A DNA stretch of 63,717 nucleotides, filler included, from Choristocarpus tenellus KU-1152 (taxonomy: Eukaryota; Protista; Phaeophyceae), in assembly GCA_964200185.2 (NCBI GenBank). It is 10 parts of 10 records of this genome, joined end to end, with 100 filler letters (N's around TTAATTAATTAA, not from the genome) between each part and the next. Parts side by side here need not be neighbours in the genome. Positions count along the whole stretch, not along the records: positions 7,171 to 19,987 come from CAXNAD020001693.1; positions 20,088 to 29,164 come from CAXNAD020004015.1; 8 more parts are not named here. The stretch is one strand, 5' to 3'. The notes beneath the pieces were generated by a model. The model worked only from the letters and a program-made list of their open reading frames with translations. It was not told the DNA's origin and did no database searches. Shown here piece by piece: positions 11,401 through 22,793 of the stretch. The stretch's first letter is position 1, and each line of letters starts with the position of its first letter. A program made the position numbers and the translations under genes.

Positions 11401-11979
11401 CTCATCACATTGTCTTCTTCTCTGTACTGACACCCTGTGGCAGGACTCTGTCAGGGGAGGTTTATGCAATAAGTTGATTACTATTTCGTATCACTTCTGT
11501 CCGTACAGTGGAGTATATATTTGCTGTTGAGGTAAGTAGATACGTAGGCTACTTGGTGGGCCGAAATACACACACACACACACTCACACAGGCTATTAAA
11601 CAAAAAATGCAACACATGAAATACCGCTGACTGCTATCCATCTCTTCCCAATGCCAATGAAGGGTGACAACACTATCATAGCAAGAACTACTGAACTCTG
11701 CTCAGCCTTCAAGAAAATATCACATGTCGCTGAATTGAAACTACTTCGAGCATGGAGTCTGTATGGGGCAGGTGAGTGTATGCATCTATGAAAGTAAAAA
11801 TTCCTCAATAACCAAAAAAGTAGTAGTAAACATTCACCATATGTGAATCATTGACCAGATCAAATGTGTTCGCTTTTGCCTAGAATAGTTTTATCTCTGG
11901 AGTAATAGGAGGCATTCGGGCGCTCTAGTTGAGACCTTGTTGGGCTGGGTTCCAGTCTACTAGCGAGCAAAAAAGGACT

Positions 11980-13300
11980 TGGATTTCCGGCCTAAAGGAC
12001 AGGGACAAGATATAGAGGATGGAGGGGAAGAAGCGACTCAATTTTACAGTAGCGCACAGGCAGTTCACCCTCACATAATGTTGTGTAGATACCTCGAAGT
12101 ATTATTTACCACGACGTATCTTTTATGTGTGCTGATAAATGAGGATACGTTGAAGCAACTTCTGCAACGTTTTGGCTATTGTACCTTCTACGACCACGAA
12201 CTGGTGGTCTCCAAATATCACCTACTCACTCATTGTTCAGTTTGAATACACTCAAAGTTGACATGGGAAGATATTCATGCCATGCTGGTCATGTGATAGC
12301 CGTCAACATAAACACCTAGTCCACGCTCCATTCAAATATGACCTTAGTGTAAATATAACACATTGAACATTGGAAGTTGCAAGGATGGGAGTCCCTGTCG
12401 TGCAACCTCCCACAAACGACAATGCCTAGCATTCTTACTTCTCCTAGAAGCTAAGCTTCGGGACACTCTGCAACAACAAACTGCTGTTGACTGGTCTCTT
12501 AAGAGTATACCTGGAGAAAATTACGGAACACATGCTAATTCCTGTCAGTTGCCACAGGTCTCATGGCCACTAAAGTACTGCACTTCAGGTCCGAACCAGT
12601 AGAAGTCTACGAAATCGATCCATGTATACGTGCATGCCTCTACATTCCCCTCTTCCCATCAAAATCTACTCCACTACCTGCTTTCATGTGCTAACTAGGG
12701 AGGTACTTCTACTGTTGTCCTGTTGGAAAGGTACATTTTATAACAACTACAACTGTAGTGTTTGATGCTGAGCAAAGGCTGTGCGAACTGTCACAAAACA
12801 GCATACTATACAACAAAGCGTTTTGAGTCCTGCTCTTCACCAATCTGCGATAACTTGATATCCTAAACATCAACAGACTTCTTCAAACACACCAATGCTT
12901 TCACAGAGTCCAGAAATGTCGGTTCAGGTAACTCAAAATATGTTCTGGGAATATAAAAAAAATGAGATCCCACCCCACATACCGTCAAATACATCCTGGA
13001 TAATATATAAGTATACTTTGAGGTCGTCTGCTACCAGATACCAGACTATGGCAATCTGTAAAAAAAATCTGTATGAGGTCCAAAAAGAGTGATATACTGA
13101 GGGTACAAATCCAATTGCACATATTACAGAGGGTCTGGGGCATGGTTGAAATGCACATTCAATGTTCTTGATCCAATAGGGAAGGTGGGGAGGACCCTGT
13201 GCCAAAAAATACAATGTATGAATCTACAACTTGAAGATTGTTTGTTCTAAAAAGATTGCAGACTAATCAGAGTCATATGACTTCAAAAGCCTACATCCGA
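11980..13300 (+). mobile_element. Highly decayed Ty1/Copia pol (integrase end and RT start)
   Basis: LLLEAKL...AV (cf. ML..A.LP..FW.EAV) and SWIIYKY...TRYQTMAIC...Q...YTEGTNPIA (cf. KWVFK..RYKARLVA.G..Q...Y.ET.APV). Confidence 0.45.
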
Positions 13301-13444
13301 ATTCCCACAACTTCATGGTGCTTGAGATCAACACCTTCAACAGCAACAGAGCATACTACAACCTATGTTAGCGGCAAGGCAAGAGATATTGCATTGGGTA
13401 CAAGGCCTATTGCAACCCTCCAGTCGTGGCAGAACACCTCTCCT

Positions 13445-16210
13445 TCACACGGTGGTCTTACGGATCATACAATCCTGATATTCCATCCAGCGGGACAAAG
13501 GGAGTGACTGGAACAAACCACCACTAAGGTTTCTCATCCCACTGTGCAACTCCCTAGGTGGGGGTTCCTGGCTGTCAAGTACACGCAATGTCAATCCTTG
13601 TGGTATATCACTTTGCATAACTTGGGCCAGGCGGGAGACACCAACCTGAGGTGAGGTTGGGGTGATAAAAGAGGAACAATCATGGCTAACTGAAAGAAAG
13701 GGAGGAGAACTGCACAGCAGAAGCAAATGTGCTAGGTAGTGTTGAGGGACCAAATCAACTCACAAATGGGGAAGTGCAAGGCACGCCTACCCTTGAATCT
13801 TCAAAAATTGTCTCTCACTGTGGTTCCTCCTTGCATGTTCAGGGAGGCAACCTATTTGCATTTGGGTTTGACTACAGGGGGCACTGCTAGAGGCAACTGA
13901 CACCAACCCTGCCCTACATCTTCCCATCCATATGTCAAGCATTGCATTGTATTAACAGATCTTTCCTCCTTGTGCCATTATCAACTAAAAGTTGAAGTCA
14001 TTGAGGAAAGATAATAGGCAGCATCCTAAAAATACATGTCAAGACCTTTCTATCATGATTACCTTCACACTGAACCATTATCATACATACAACAATATGC
14101 ACCACTTTGAGGCCGCACAACGTCATTTATGACATCTTAGCACCCAACTTCCCAACTTCCCCACTCCCCCTTTACCCTCCTCCCCCCCTGTGATCACCCT
14201 TTTCAATTCTTTTTGGTAAGTGCATGACCTAGCACTCACCTCACTGAAGAGATTCCTGCTGATGTCAACCAATTTCAAACATCTGAGGCCTGTCTCCAGT
14301 GCTACAGCCAGGTCCAGGGTCTCAGTGTCCCCAAAGTAACACCCACCTAATCCCAAAAAACGTAGACTCGGGCAACACCCTGCACCCAACGCATGAAAGA
14401 GTGGTGTCAATGGCTCAGTTTCTGCCACAACTGCATCTCCTTCAATGACCCCTCCACCACTTCCCTGGTATAGGTTTGCACGCCACCAGCCTGAAAACGA
14501 TAGGTCAAGAGATTCAAGGCCAAAGAAAGGAGAGCTGGCAAGACATACAGCTGGCTGGAGGGCAATGGTCATTGCCCCTGCCAAAGCTGAAAGACCTTTG
14601 CAAGACAGACCATAGTTGCTCCGAAGGCTTAAGGAACTGAGGCGACAAACCCTGGGGTAGCTGGCCTTGACAGACCTCTCACCCTCTCCATTGAGTCCCC
14701 TGTTCCCAACCCAAACTTCATTGTGATCCCTCTCAGTCACTCCAGTCATCCCCTCTTGCACATTACGGCAGCTACTCGCCATTCCCAGAAGTGCAGTTGT
14801 CAGTGTCTTTGTCTGGTCATCGTCTAGGTGGCAGTTATCCAGGGCCAGGGTAGCTAGATGGGGGAACCTGTCTCCATCGCTCAAAGAGCACCCAAGAGTC
14901 TCCAGTCCGGTCTGGCCAACCACCTGGAAGTGCCTTAGCTGTAGGGTGATAAGGCGGGCAGGCTGAGAGTGAGGCTCCCTTGACCTATTCGGCCTGCTAC
15001 TGCCACTACTCAACCCAGAGCTGACCCTGGGCTGGGATGAAAGCGCCTTTGCCAGGGCAAGTAGGTTTGTTGTTTTTGCGCGATGAGGGTGGCCCTCAAG
15101 GACGAGGACTGACAGTTTGTAGAGAGCTCTGCCGGCGTGCCAGGGCGGCAATGGGATCAGGAAATACGACTCTGTCAGGACTGCAACAGGCTACATTATA
15201 CTAATGGGTCTATTTGAAAGTGATGAACAAATAGTGCCATATTACTCCGTGAGAATTGGGGCATCACTTCACTGCCACGTCTTTCCTATAAATTGCATTG
15301 CCACGATTATTAAAGCGAACCTTTGTCAAGGATCCCACCCACCTACTGTTTGAAAGGGCTCCGACCAACGCCTCCAAGTCTCCTTCCTCCATGCTACAGG
15401 ACAGGCGCAGTTCCTGAAGAAAACGCCAAGAAGGACCGCTATCCCTCCACAAAACGTCACGGGTCAGTAAACTCCCTAACCTCCTCATACAATCCTCGTG
15501 GCTACTGGAATCTTGGTACGGGCGGGGACCCCCCGGGTCCAGGCTCACCTCTAGTATGCATAGGCTTTCTCCAATGGAACCGGGTTGTTCCTCAAGTGCT
15601 GACAAAGCGTCAGAGAGTTGGCGACCGTGGTTGATGTTCAGGAGTCGGAATTCCACCGGACGGTAATCCTTTAATATGCAAGAAAGTGTTTCGCGTAAGA
15701 TAGAACGGCGGTCATACTCTACTCTACCTCCGGAAAGTATATCATGTTCCTCACTCGCTTCGTCTATACTCCCCTGAGGTTCTGCTTGCCAGGCCCACCA
15801 GTAAGGTCCTCGTCCCTCCTCCGCAAAATCCACCGCGAAGTGCCGGATCGGACTCGAATGCAGAACACCTTCCTGATTAAGTGGGAAGATATGTGGCAGG
15901 TTCGACCCCGGCATGACGAGGGAGGTGGTGGTACGCGGAACTTCATCCCTGAGGAAGATGGAGGCTTCACGAAGGCGCAAGTGAGCATCCAGGTCCAGCC
16001 ACTGGAGGACGCACTGCGGTTAACACAGATGGCAAGGCAAGGGGGAAAACAAAGACTCAATGAAACTTACTTCGTACTCCGAATCCCTCGTTTGTCAGGT
16101 GTGAACTGACCATCCTATTGCATTTTGGAAGAAGTTGACCAACCTCCAAGACGGGTATCTTCATCCCACTCAAGAAGCTATCCCTGAGGTAGCTATTCCA
16201 GATCGTCATA
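13445..16210 (-). CDS. F-box/leucine-rich-repeat (RNI-like) protein; exons ~16210-16111, 16013-~15330, ~15180-14240, 13645-13445
   Basis: Spliced N-terminus LLPKCNRM|CVLQWLDLDAHLRLREAS (F-box-like). LRR motifs LQELRLS, LATLALDNCHL, LSSLSLRSN, LESLDLS, LRFLGLGGC, LKLVDISRN. GT-AG sites; the exon 2/3 junction and the start codon are uncertain. Confidence 0.75.
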
Positions 16211-16824
16211 GTCCGTGCTTGAGGAACCTTCCCTCGCAAAAAATCTGAGCATGCGCAGCGCAGTGGTGCGTTAGGGGCTTTGGGCAAGGGGGAAGCGTGA
16301 TAGACCGTATTAGACAAGATACAGACAATAGTATTGGAGATGAACCGAGAGTGATTGTATAAGGTGTTATATATTTATCATTGGCGTCTGCAGTACATGC
16401 TTGAGAGATCTTGTTGTGGTGGGGTTCTGGTCATCACAAGACTGTATTGGTGGAGCAAATCAGGGACTAGGTAGGCATATCAAACTCAGGCAAGTGGCAG
16501 ACCTCCACTTATCACCAGGAAAGGAGACTTCAGGTTTTCAAACTGGTGGGGAGGGAAGAAAATCACACCTAGCCTGACCCTCACTGCCACAAGCGTTCCT
16601 GACCCAGTCTCGCCTATGACAGTAGGGGGTCACGTTCCATCGCTTTGCGGACATTGCAATCCTATTTTCTGACCTTCTTTGCAGATTGCAAGACTGGCTA
16701 GCTGAAGACATGCCTCTCTTTTCGAAATGATTGCCTTCAGCACTCCCTAAGCAGAAGTTTTCCACTCCTATGGGAAAGTTTCCAACACAAGCGTTCACTG
16801 CTAGACGGGGAGAACTACCTTGAC

Positions 16825-19800
16825 ATGCTAGGGTGGATCAAGAGTTTGGGGGCAGCCGGATCGGGGACTGATGCCTCGAGTGGACGTAAGCAATCCCATG
16901 GAGGAACCCACGAACAAGGCGGAATTGGCCATCAACGCCGGAACTCATTCTTAGGCATCGGTCGGGGCAGCCGGAGGAATGGCGACAAAGTGGACTCCAG
17001 CCTCCTGGATGAAAAGATCGAGCTCGAGGAAAGACGGGCCGAGCAGATTTCACGGGTTGCTTTCAAGCTAGTGCGCGAGATACAGCGCATCCTCAAGGCA
17101 GCACGGGAGGCACAATCTCTGGGTCCAACACGATTATCAAGAGGTGGGACCGGAGGAGACCTGGGGAACGTGTCATCCTCACCCTCATCATCACAGATGC
17201 AGGTTAGAGGTCGCTGGGCTGGCACAGAGGAGCTCCTCGCCTTGCTAAACGGTGATTTAAATGGCGCAGAATTTGACGAGAGGAAAGGACAATTTAGCAG
17301 TCTGGCAGAGGCCCAAGCCAAAATGAGTGACCTCGTAGAGGAGGCACTTGCGCCAGAAGTGTACGGGGACTTGTGTGGTACCCTGCTAGACACGTATGCA
17401 GAGGGCCATCCAACCTTCGTCAAGCTATGCGTCGATGCCGGTCTTCCCTCCAACCTCGTCCATTGCCTCCGAGTGATGCGTGTAGTAGAGTTCGAGAGTG
17501 CCATGCAGGAGCAGCATGAACAGCAGCATGAACAGCAGCAAGAGCAGCCGCTGGAGGAAGGAAGGCAGGGGGTAGAGGTTAGTTCGGAGCAAGCTATGGT
17601 GGCAGGTGAAGGTGGGGGGAGTGACAGTGGCACGAATGCTGTGTTATCATCAGAGAAAGGAAAGACGGTGAGAGCTACAGAGCGCATTGAGTGGCTACTT
17701 GTTGCCCTGTGCCGCGACAAGTTTGCTGGGGTAGGAGAACAAATCAAACCCCACCTACCAGGTCTCCTCAGTCTGGCTGTTAGTGCATACCCGCCCAATG
17801 GAGTTCATGTGCAGGAGACTGCTAGGTTGGTGGTGGAAGCGATCATGGAAGGCTGCCTTAACTCTAGTATGGTTTGGCTTCTTCACTACAACAAGGTGCG
17901 AGGACGGGGGAAAGTGCCGGCAATGTGACGGTTTATGTAGTGGTTGGGGTTGGGTGGGCTCTGTGGTGTGGAGATTGGAACTATGTTTCTTTGAGGTGTT
18001 ATCTTTTCTGTGGTTGTATTCTACATAAAGAAGTATGTTGTATTGCATTGGAGAGGATAGACATGAGATTTTGTGACTCTGTCAGGGGGCTGTTTTGGTT
18101 GAGATTTAATTCGCGCCCTTGATTATAATTCAAAACTAGCAGTCGATGTTTTCATGCTGTTTATCTACTTCAACCTTGGGTGGTGGTACTCATCCCTTGA
18201 TGTTTATTATTTTGGACTGATATTGGTTGGTTGAATGCCAACTGTCTTGATCCAGGGGATAGACCTGAAGGGTTTAGTCCAGGTTAGTGTGGTACGAAGT
18301 TCTTGCATTGGGCGCTGCTTTTGCTGCGTCCGTCGTTGGGTGAAGAACAGTCCAGGCTGTTTGTGGCAGCTTTTTACACCTTTAATTTTTTTAGGATCAT
18401 TGATTTTCTGGGTGTACCTCAAGATACTTTGCATCACACTTCATTGTAGCCTCCACATTAGTCCTAGCTGGATGGTAACGACTTGTTTTCCGATTTGGAT
18501 TGATTGAGAATGTTGCACGGTGCCTCACCCTAGAAACGATATCTGAAATGTTGTTGGCATATAGTATGCTCCTGATACTTGTTCACCAGTGACTGAATGC
18601 TACTGATGCCTTTCAATTGGTGAGCGTTCACCAGGGCTGGCTTTGTGGATTGTTAAGTTCTTTCCTGCTTGTTTTGGTTGCCTTGCCGAAGGGGCATCTT
18701 AATCTCATGCCTCCTTCCTTTCCTTTGTTGTGGGGTACTTGCTATCGATAAGTTTTCTTTGTAAATGTTCAAGATCACAAATCAGTGTCAAAGCGTGGGA
18801 AACAGGAATTCTATTTTGGTGACAGCCCCCCCTCCTCCTGCCCCTGCTACACCTGTTTCCCTTCCGTTCCTTGGTTTTGTTATGTGCTATGTGAGGGTGT
18901 TTCTTGTTCATAAAAAACCTGTTTGATGTGGAGTTAAATGATTTCCTTAAGAACATCCGATATGGTGTCCTCATTGGCAGGTGATGCTTGATGTGGTAGG
19001 CGAGCTACGACACCTTTGTGGCCTGGATGACGCTGGACCAAACGCAATGATGCACAAGGGCAACAAGGCCATGGGCTCCTCCCCATCAAGGCCCGTTAGC
19101 CCCATAGGTGTGGTACCTTCAAGGTGTAGAAGCGCTTGCAGTGTAGGAGGTGCTTGGGGTGAATTTGTTCCATGTGAATGAAGCTAGAGTTGGAGGAGTG
19201 GAGGGTATTTTTTTTTGTTTTTCATCTGTGTGGTGTGATTTTTTGAGTTTTTTTTTTTTTGTAGTATTGTTTTTGTAATCAGAACAAGCTCCAGCTTCAG
19301 ATAGGCTGAGGGGCAGGTTTAGAGTTCCCTGATGCATTGTGGGCTTGCGTTTGTATGGTGAACTACTTCAAAGCGTTTGCTATCGTAGCAGTTACAGGGG
19401 ATTCCACTGTTGCAATACACGTGTTGCCCCTACTGCTTCCTATCCTTTTGCACAGTGTCTGCCTTGGAACTTCCTGAGTTATTTATGCATTGCTTTGTCA
19501 GGTATGTGTGCTGACAATGGTATACCCCCCCTGCCCACTCCCTTCTCCTGACACCACTATAGCTACCGCATTTGTACCCCAGCCCTGTCCACAACATCCC
19601 ATGCATCATTATGGTGAACCCCCAGATGCTATCCTTATTTTTCAGACAGAAGCTCAGACGAACGAATCCTTGATCACGTTGCTGTAGCCAGAACAACACC
19701 ATGCAAATATAGTAACAGTTCAAGGATACTGCTGTGCTCGGACACGAACATGGCTCAGGTAGTCCTGACTCCCTCTTACTCTGATTTGATTCATCCACAC

Positions 19801-19987
19801 CCTCCTGGGTGCAACCGCCACCCCCCACCCCTGTACCTTACTTTGACGCAGGCCCAGGAAATCTTCGCAGACGTCCAAGAAGTAGCAGCGACAATGGAGG
19901 CGGCAGGCAAGGCGGTGGTGGTATCATGGGGGGGGGGAAAGCTGCCCTGCTGACGGAACTGGTTGGTGACGAGGCCGAGAGGCAGTG
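16825..19987 (+). CDS. WDFY3/Alfy/LvsA-like BEACH-family protein, 5' part (exons 16825-17895, 18981-19107, 19852->19987)
   Basis: GLPSNLVHCL and LLSLAVSAYPP..HVQETARLVVEAI..CLNSSMVWLLH resemble the WDFY3 N-terminal helical region. Splice sites are phase-consistent. The BEACH domain itself is not in the contig. Confidence 0.6.
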
Positions 19988-20087
19988 NNNNNNNNNNNNN
20001 NNNNNNNNNNNNNNNNNNNNNNNNNNNNNNNTTAATTAATTAANNNNNNNNNNNNNNNNNNNNNNNNNNNNNNNNNNNNNNNNNNNN

Positions 20088-20410
20088 CCGCACCTGCCCC
20101 AGGGCAGGGGGATAGGTACGACAACACACTCCTATGGTAAAACGCCTACACCAACGATGCAAGGGGATGGGCATCCCTTGCACTACGGAGGATGGTAGCC
20201 CTTTCAAGGTGGACAGGAATCTCCGCATGGATCTGGTGTTCCACGCAGGGGCACTGGTGGATGCCGGAACAGCTCCCTACAGGGACAAAGGTCTTCAACT
20301 AGACAACACCTTCACAGAGGTACAGGCAACCTCCCACCTCACCCACTCATCCACCAGCAATAGTGTAGCTGCTGTTGCAGCTGAGCCCACACGCTTCTCA
20401 GAAAAATAAT
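20088..20410 (+). mobile_element. Non-LTR retrotransposon fragment (zinc knuckle + restriction-like endonuclease)
   Basis: RTCPRAGG*VRQH...GIPCTTEDGSPF..DRNLRMDLV...YRDKGLQLDNT: CCHC end plus RxD...D REL motif; contains a stop. Confidence 0.7.
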
Positions 20411-20446
20411 ACCTTTGATTATGCGAATACAACGAAGGTTTTCTGA

Positions 20447-20686
20447 CCAATCCCCCACATTGAATTGGAACCTTTTCCATCCTTTTACGGAGATCGAGTT
20501 CTACAAAAACTAATTAAACATCACATTAATAAATAGTGGTATATGGATAACTAATCAAGGTAGTAGCCAATCCCCCACATTGAATTGGAACCTTTTCCAT
20601 CCTTTTTCGGAGATCGAGTTCTACAAAAACTAATTAAACATCACATTAATAAATAGTGGTATATGGATAACTAATCAAGGTAGTAG
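20447..20686. repeat. 120-bp tandem duplication
   Basis: 20447-20566 and 20567-20686 are identical except for one A/T substitution. Confidence 0.95.
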
Positions 20687-22793
20687 AGAAATTCAGTAAT
20701 GGGTTTTATACAGATAACTTTCTTTAACCTTTTTATTTTAATGTTTTTGAAATTTTGGATAATATTATTGTGGTGTGTGACATTTCAAATGAAGTTATAG
20801 CTCAGATACAACTATACCCTTTTCTCAGTTTTGGAACTGCTATTGATGTGAACAGAAAGTAAAAGAAAGATGAACAATCGACTTACATACTACTAAAGCG
20901 TTTGTTTAGAAGCCACTGCCTTGCATTCACACAATAGTAGGTGGTAAATATGAAAGAGAGGTGACTCACCAACGCGATCAGTTTGCTGCTGCAACCGAAA
21001 GAAGGTTGGCAGGTTGGAAGGGTGGAGAAAAGAGTAGGACCTACGCAATACACGTGATAGGGCTTGAGTTTTTGTGTTTTTGCGATGTCCAAGGGTTGCA
21101 AAAATGCTGTTGAGAGCTTTTTCGTTGGCCTCGTGACAGCTACCATGGGTTTAATCATGCTCTTCTTCATAGGAAGCACCTTATGGCTAGGGATTTTCAG
21201 CATACCCACCTTCTTCGTCTTCGCTAAGGCTTCGCTGGGAGTCGTCGTCAGTGCCAGAGAGGTGAGGAACGTGCTAGAGGAAGGGCAACAGCTCCACTAT
21301 GTGATTGGTACATGGAACCTCCAGACAGAAACACGCCTCCCCTTACGTAAATCCTTTAACATGTTCACCATGTTCTTCAGGGTACTCGCCAGCTTTCTAC
21401 TGTACTCGACTCTGTACGGGCACAGTCTGTTTTGAGCTTGAGACTTGGCGCTGCTTCTGGTCTTACCTTGACCGTCATTGCGGGTAGGCCAAGATTGTTT
21501 ATGTCACTGCTTTTCGATGCATAAATCCTGTAGGGCTCGGATGGAACAGTACCATGAAGGGTTGCTGAATATCGATTTTCTGTTTCGACTTGTCACGAAC
21601 TTGATTTCTACTGCGAGGTCAAGCGGTCCTGACCATGCCAGCCTTCTGCTCAACAAAATATCCCTTGCCTGCAGGATCACTTGTCATTATGGGGATGGAA
21701 GCTATCAAGTTCTATCTGCTTGAAGACAAAACCACGGATGCCTCCGATATCTTTTTGGGAGTGTTCCGGATCATTGGTGCAGGCACGAATATTGTCTGGT
21801 TATCAACTCGCGAAGACTTGATGCCTTGTAGTGATAGGTATAACTTCAATATTTGTTAGAGTTGGCCATTGAAGTACATGCCTAGCGACATGTTGGCCTG
21901 CAAGAGGAATATTGTCTTGTCGAGGCTCTATCCAATCACAGAACCCAAACTTCAACACCCCTCTCATATTCGATTTGCCACCATTTTCTCGTGATGATGC
22001 AGTCTTGTTCACGCACCTTGGGGTTTCCATCATGAGGAGTGGGAGTTCCCAAGCGTCCTCCAGCACAAAGTATCAGGTGTGGGGATCTTGGAGTCTTGTT
22101 GCTATGCAGACCCAAAGAAGGAGGGTACAAGCAATTGAACTGTTCATGTGGTGGAATTTTCCACCCTAAACATCTCTTTCCGTCATTGGATGCCTTGCTT
22201 CATGAGTTTGAGTTGTCATACTTTCAGTATGTGCTCTTCCTCTTAACCCCTACCTATCCAAAAAGGCACAGAAACATAACCATTGTGGGAATGAGAAGGT
22301 TTTTTCATTGTGTACAAGCAGATGTAGTGTACATTCACGATCTGTTCAAAAAATCATTCAACCCCAACCCCTTTAGAATGGCAAAACCACTCATCCTCCT
22401 CCTACCAGGAGAAAATTGAGGCGTTGAACTCTCGGGAGATGTCTGCACCAACGAGGAGTGAGATCTTTTACCTTGGCTTGAACATGTCGCTGAGGGAGGG
22501 GCTCATGAACTTTGTGTACATGATACCTCTTGGTGCCATCTATGATACCAAGAGTGTGCCGACCCCTGCAGTACTTGGTGAGAAGGGATTAATAGAGATG
22601 TCTCTACTGTGATCATGCACTCCCCTTATCAGATGTTGATGTTACTGTTCCCCATCATAGTCCCACTCTTATGTATTACACAATATTTCCTCTTAAATGA
22701 TTTCCCCACCCGAATCCTCTTGCTTCCTGCATCTGTTGACTTCGGGCAATAGGTTTGGTCACTGGCCTGCTGATCGCTCGCCATTTGGTGCCC

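Noticed and set aside
11910-11975. tRNA or tRNA-derived SINE (B-box-like GGGTTCCAGTC)
   Set aside because: No convincing cloverleaf or A-box, and no second copy.
16932-17798. 288-aa antisense ORF (similar ones at 29690-30169 and 57520-58071)
   Set aside because: Shadow ORFs opposite genuine GC-rich exons.
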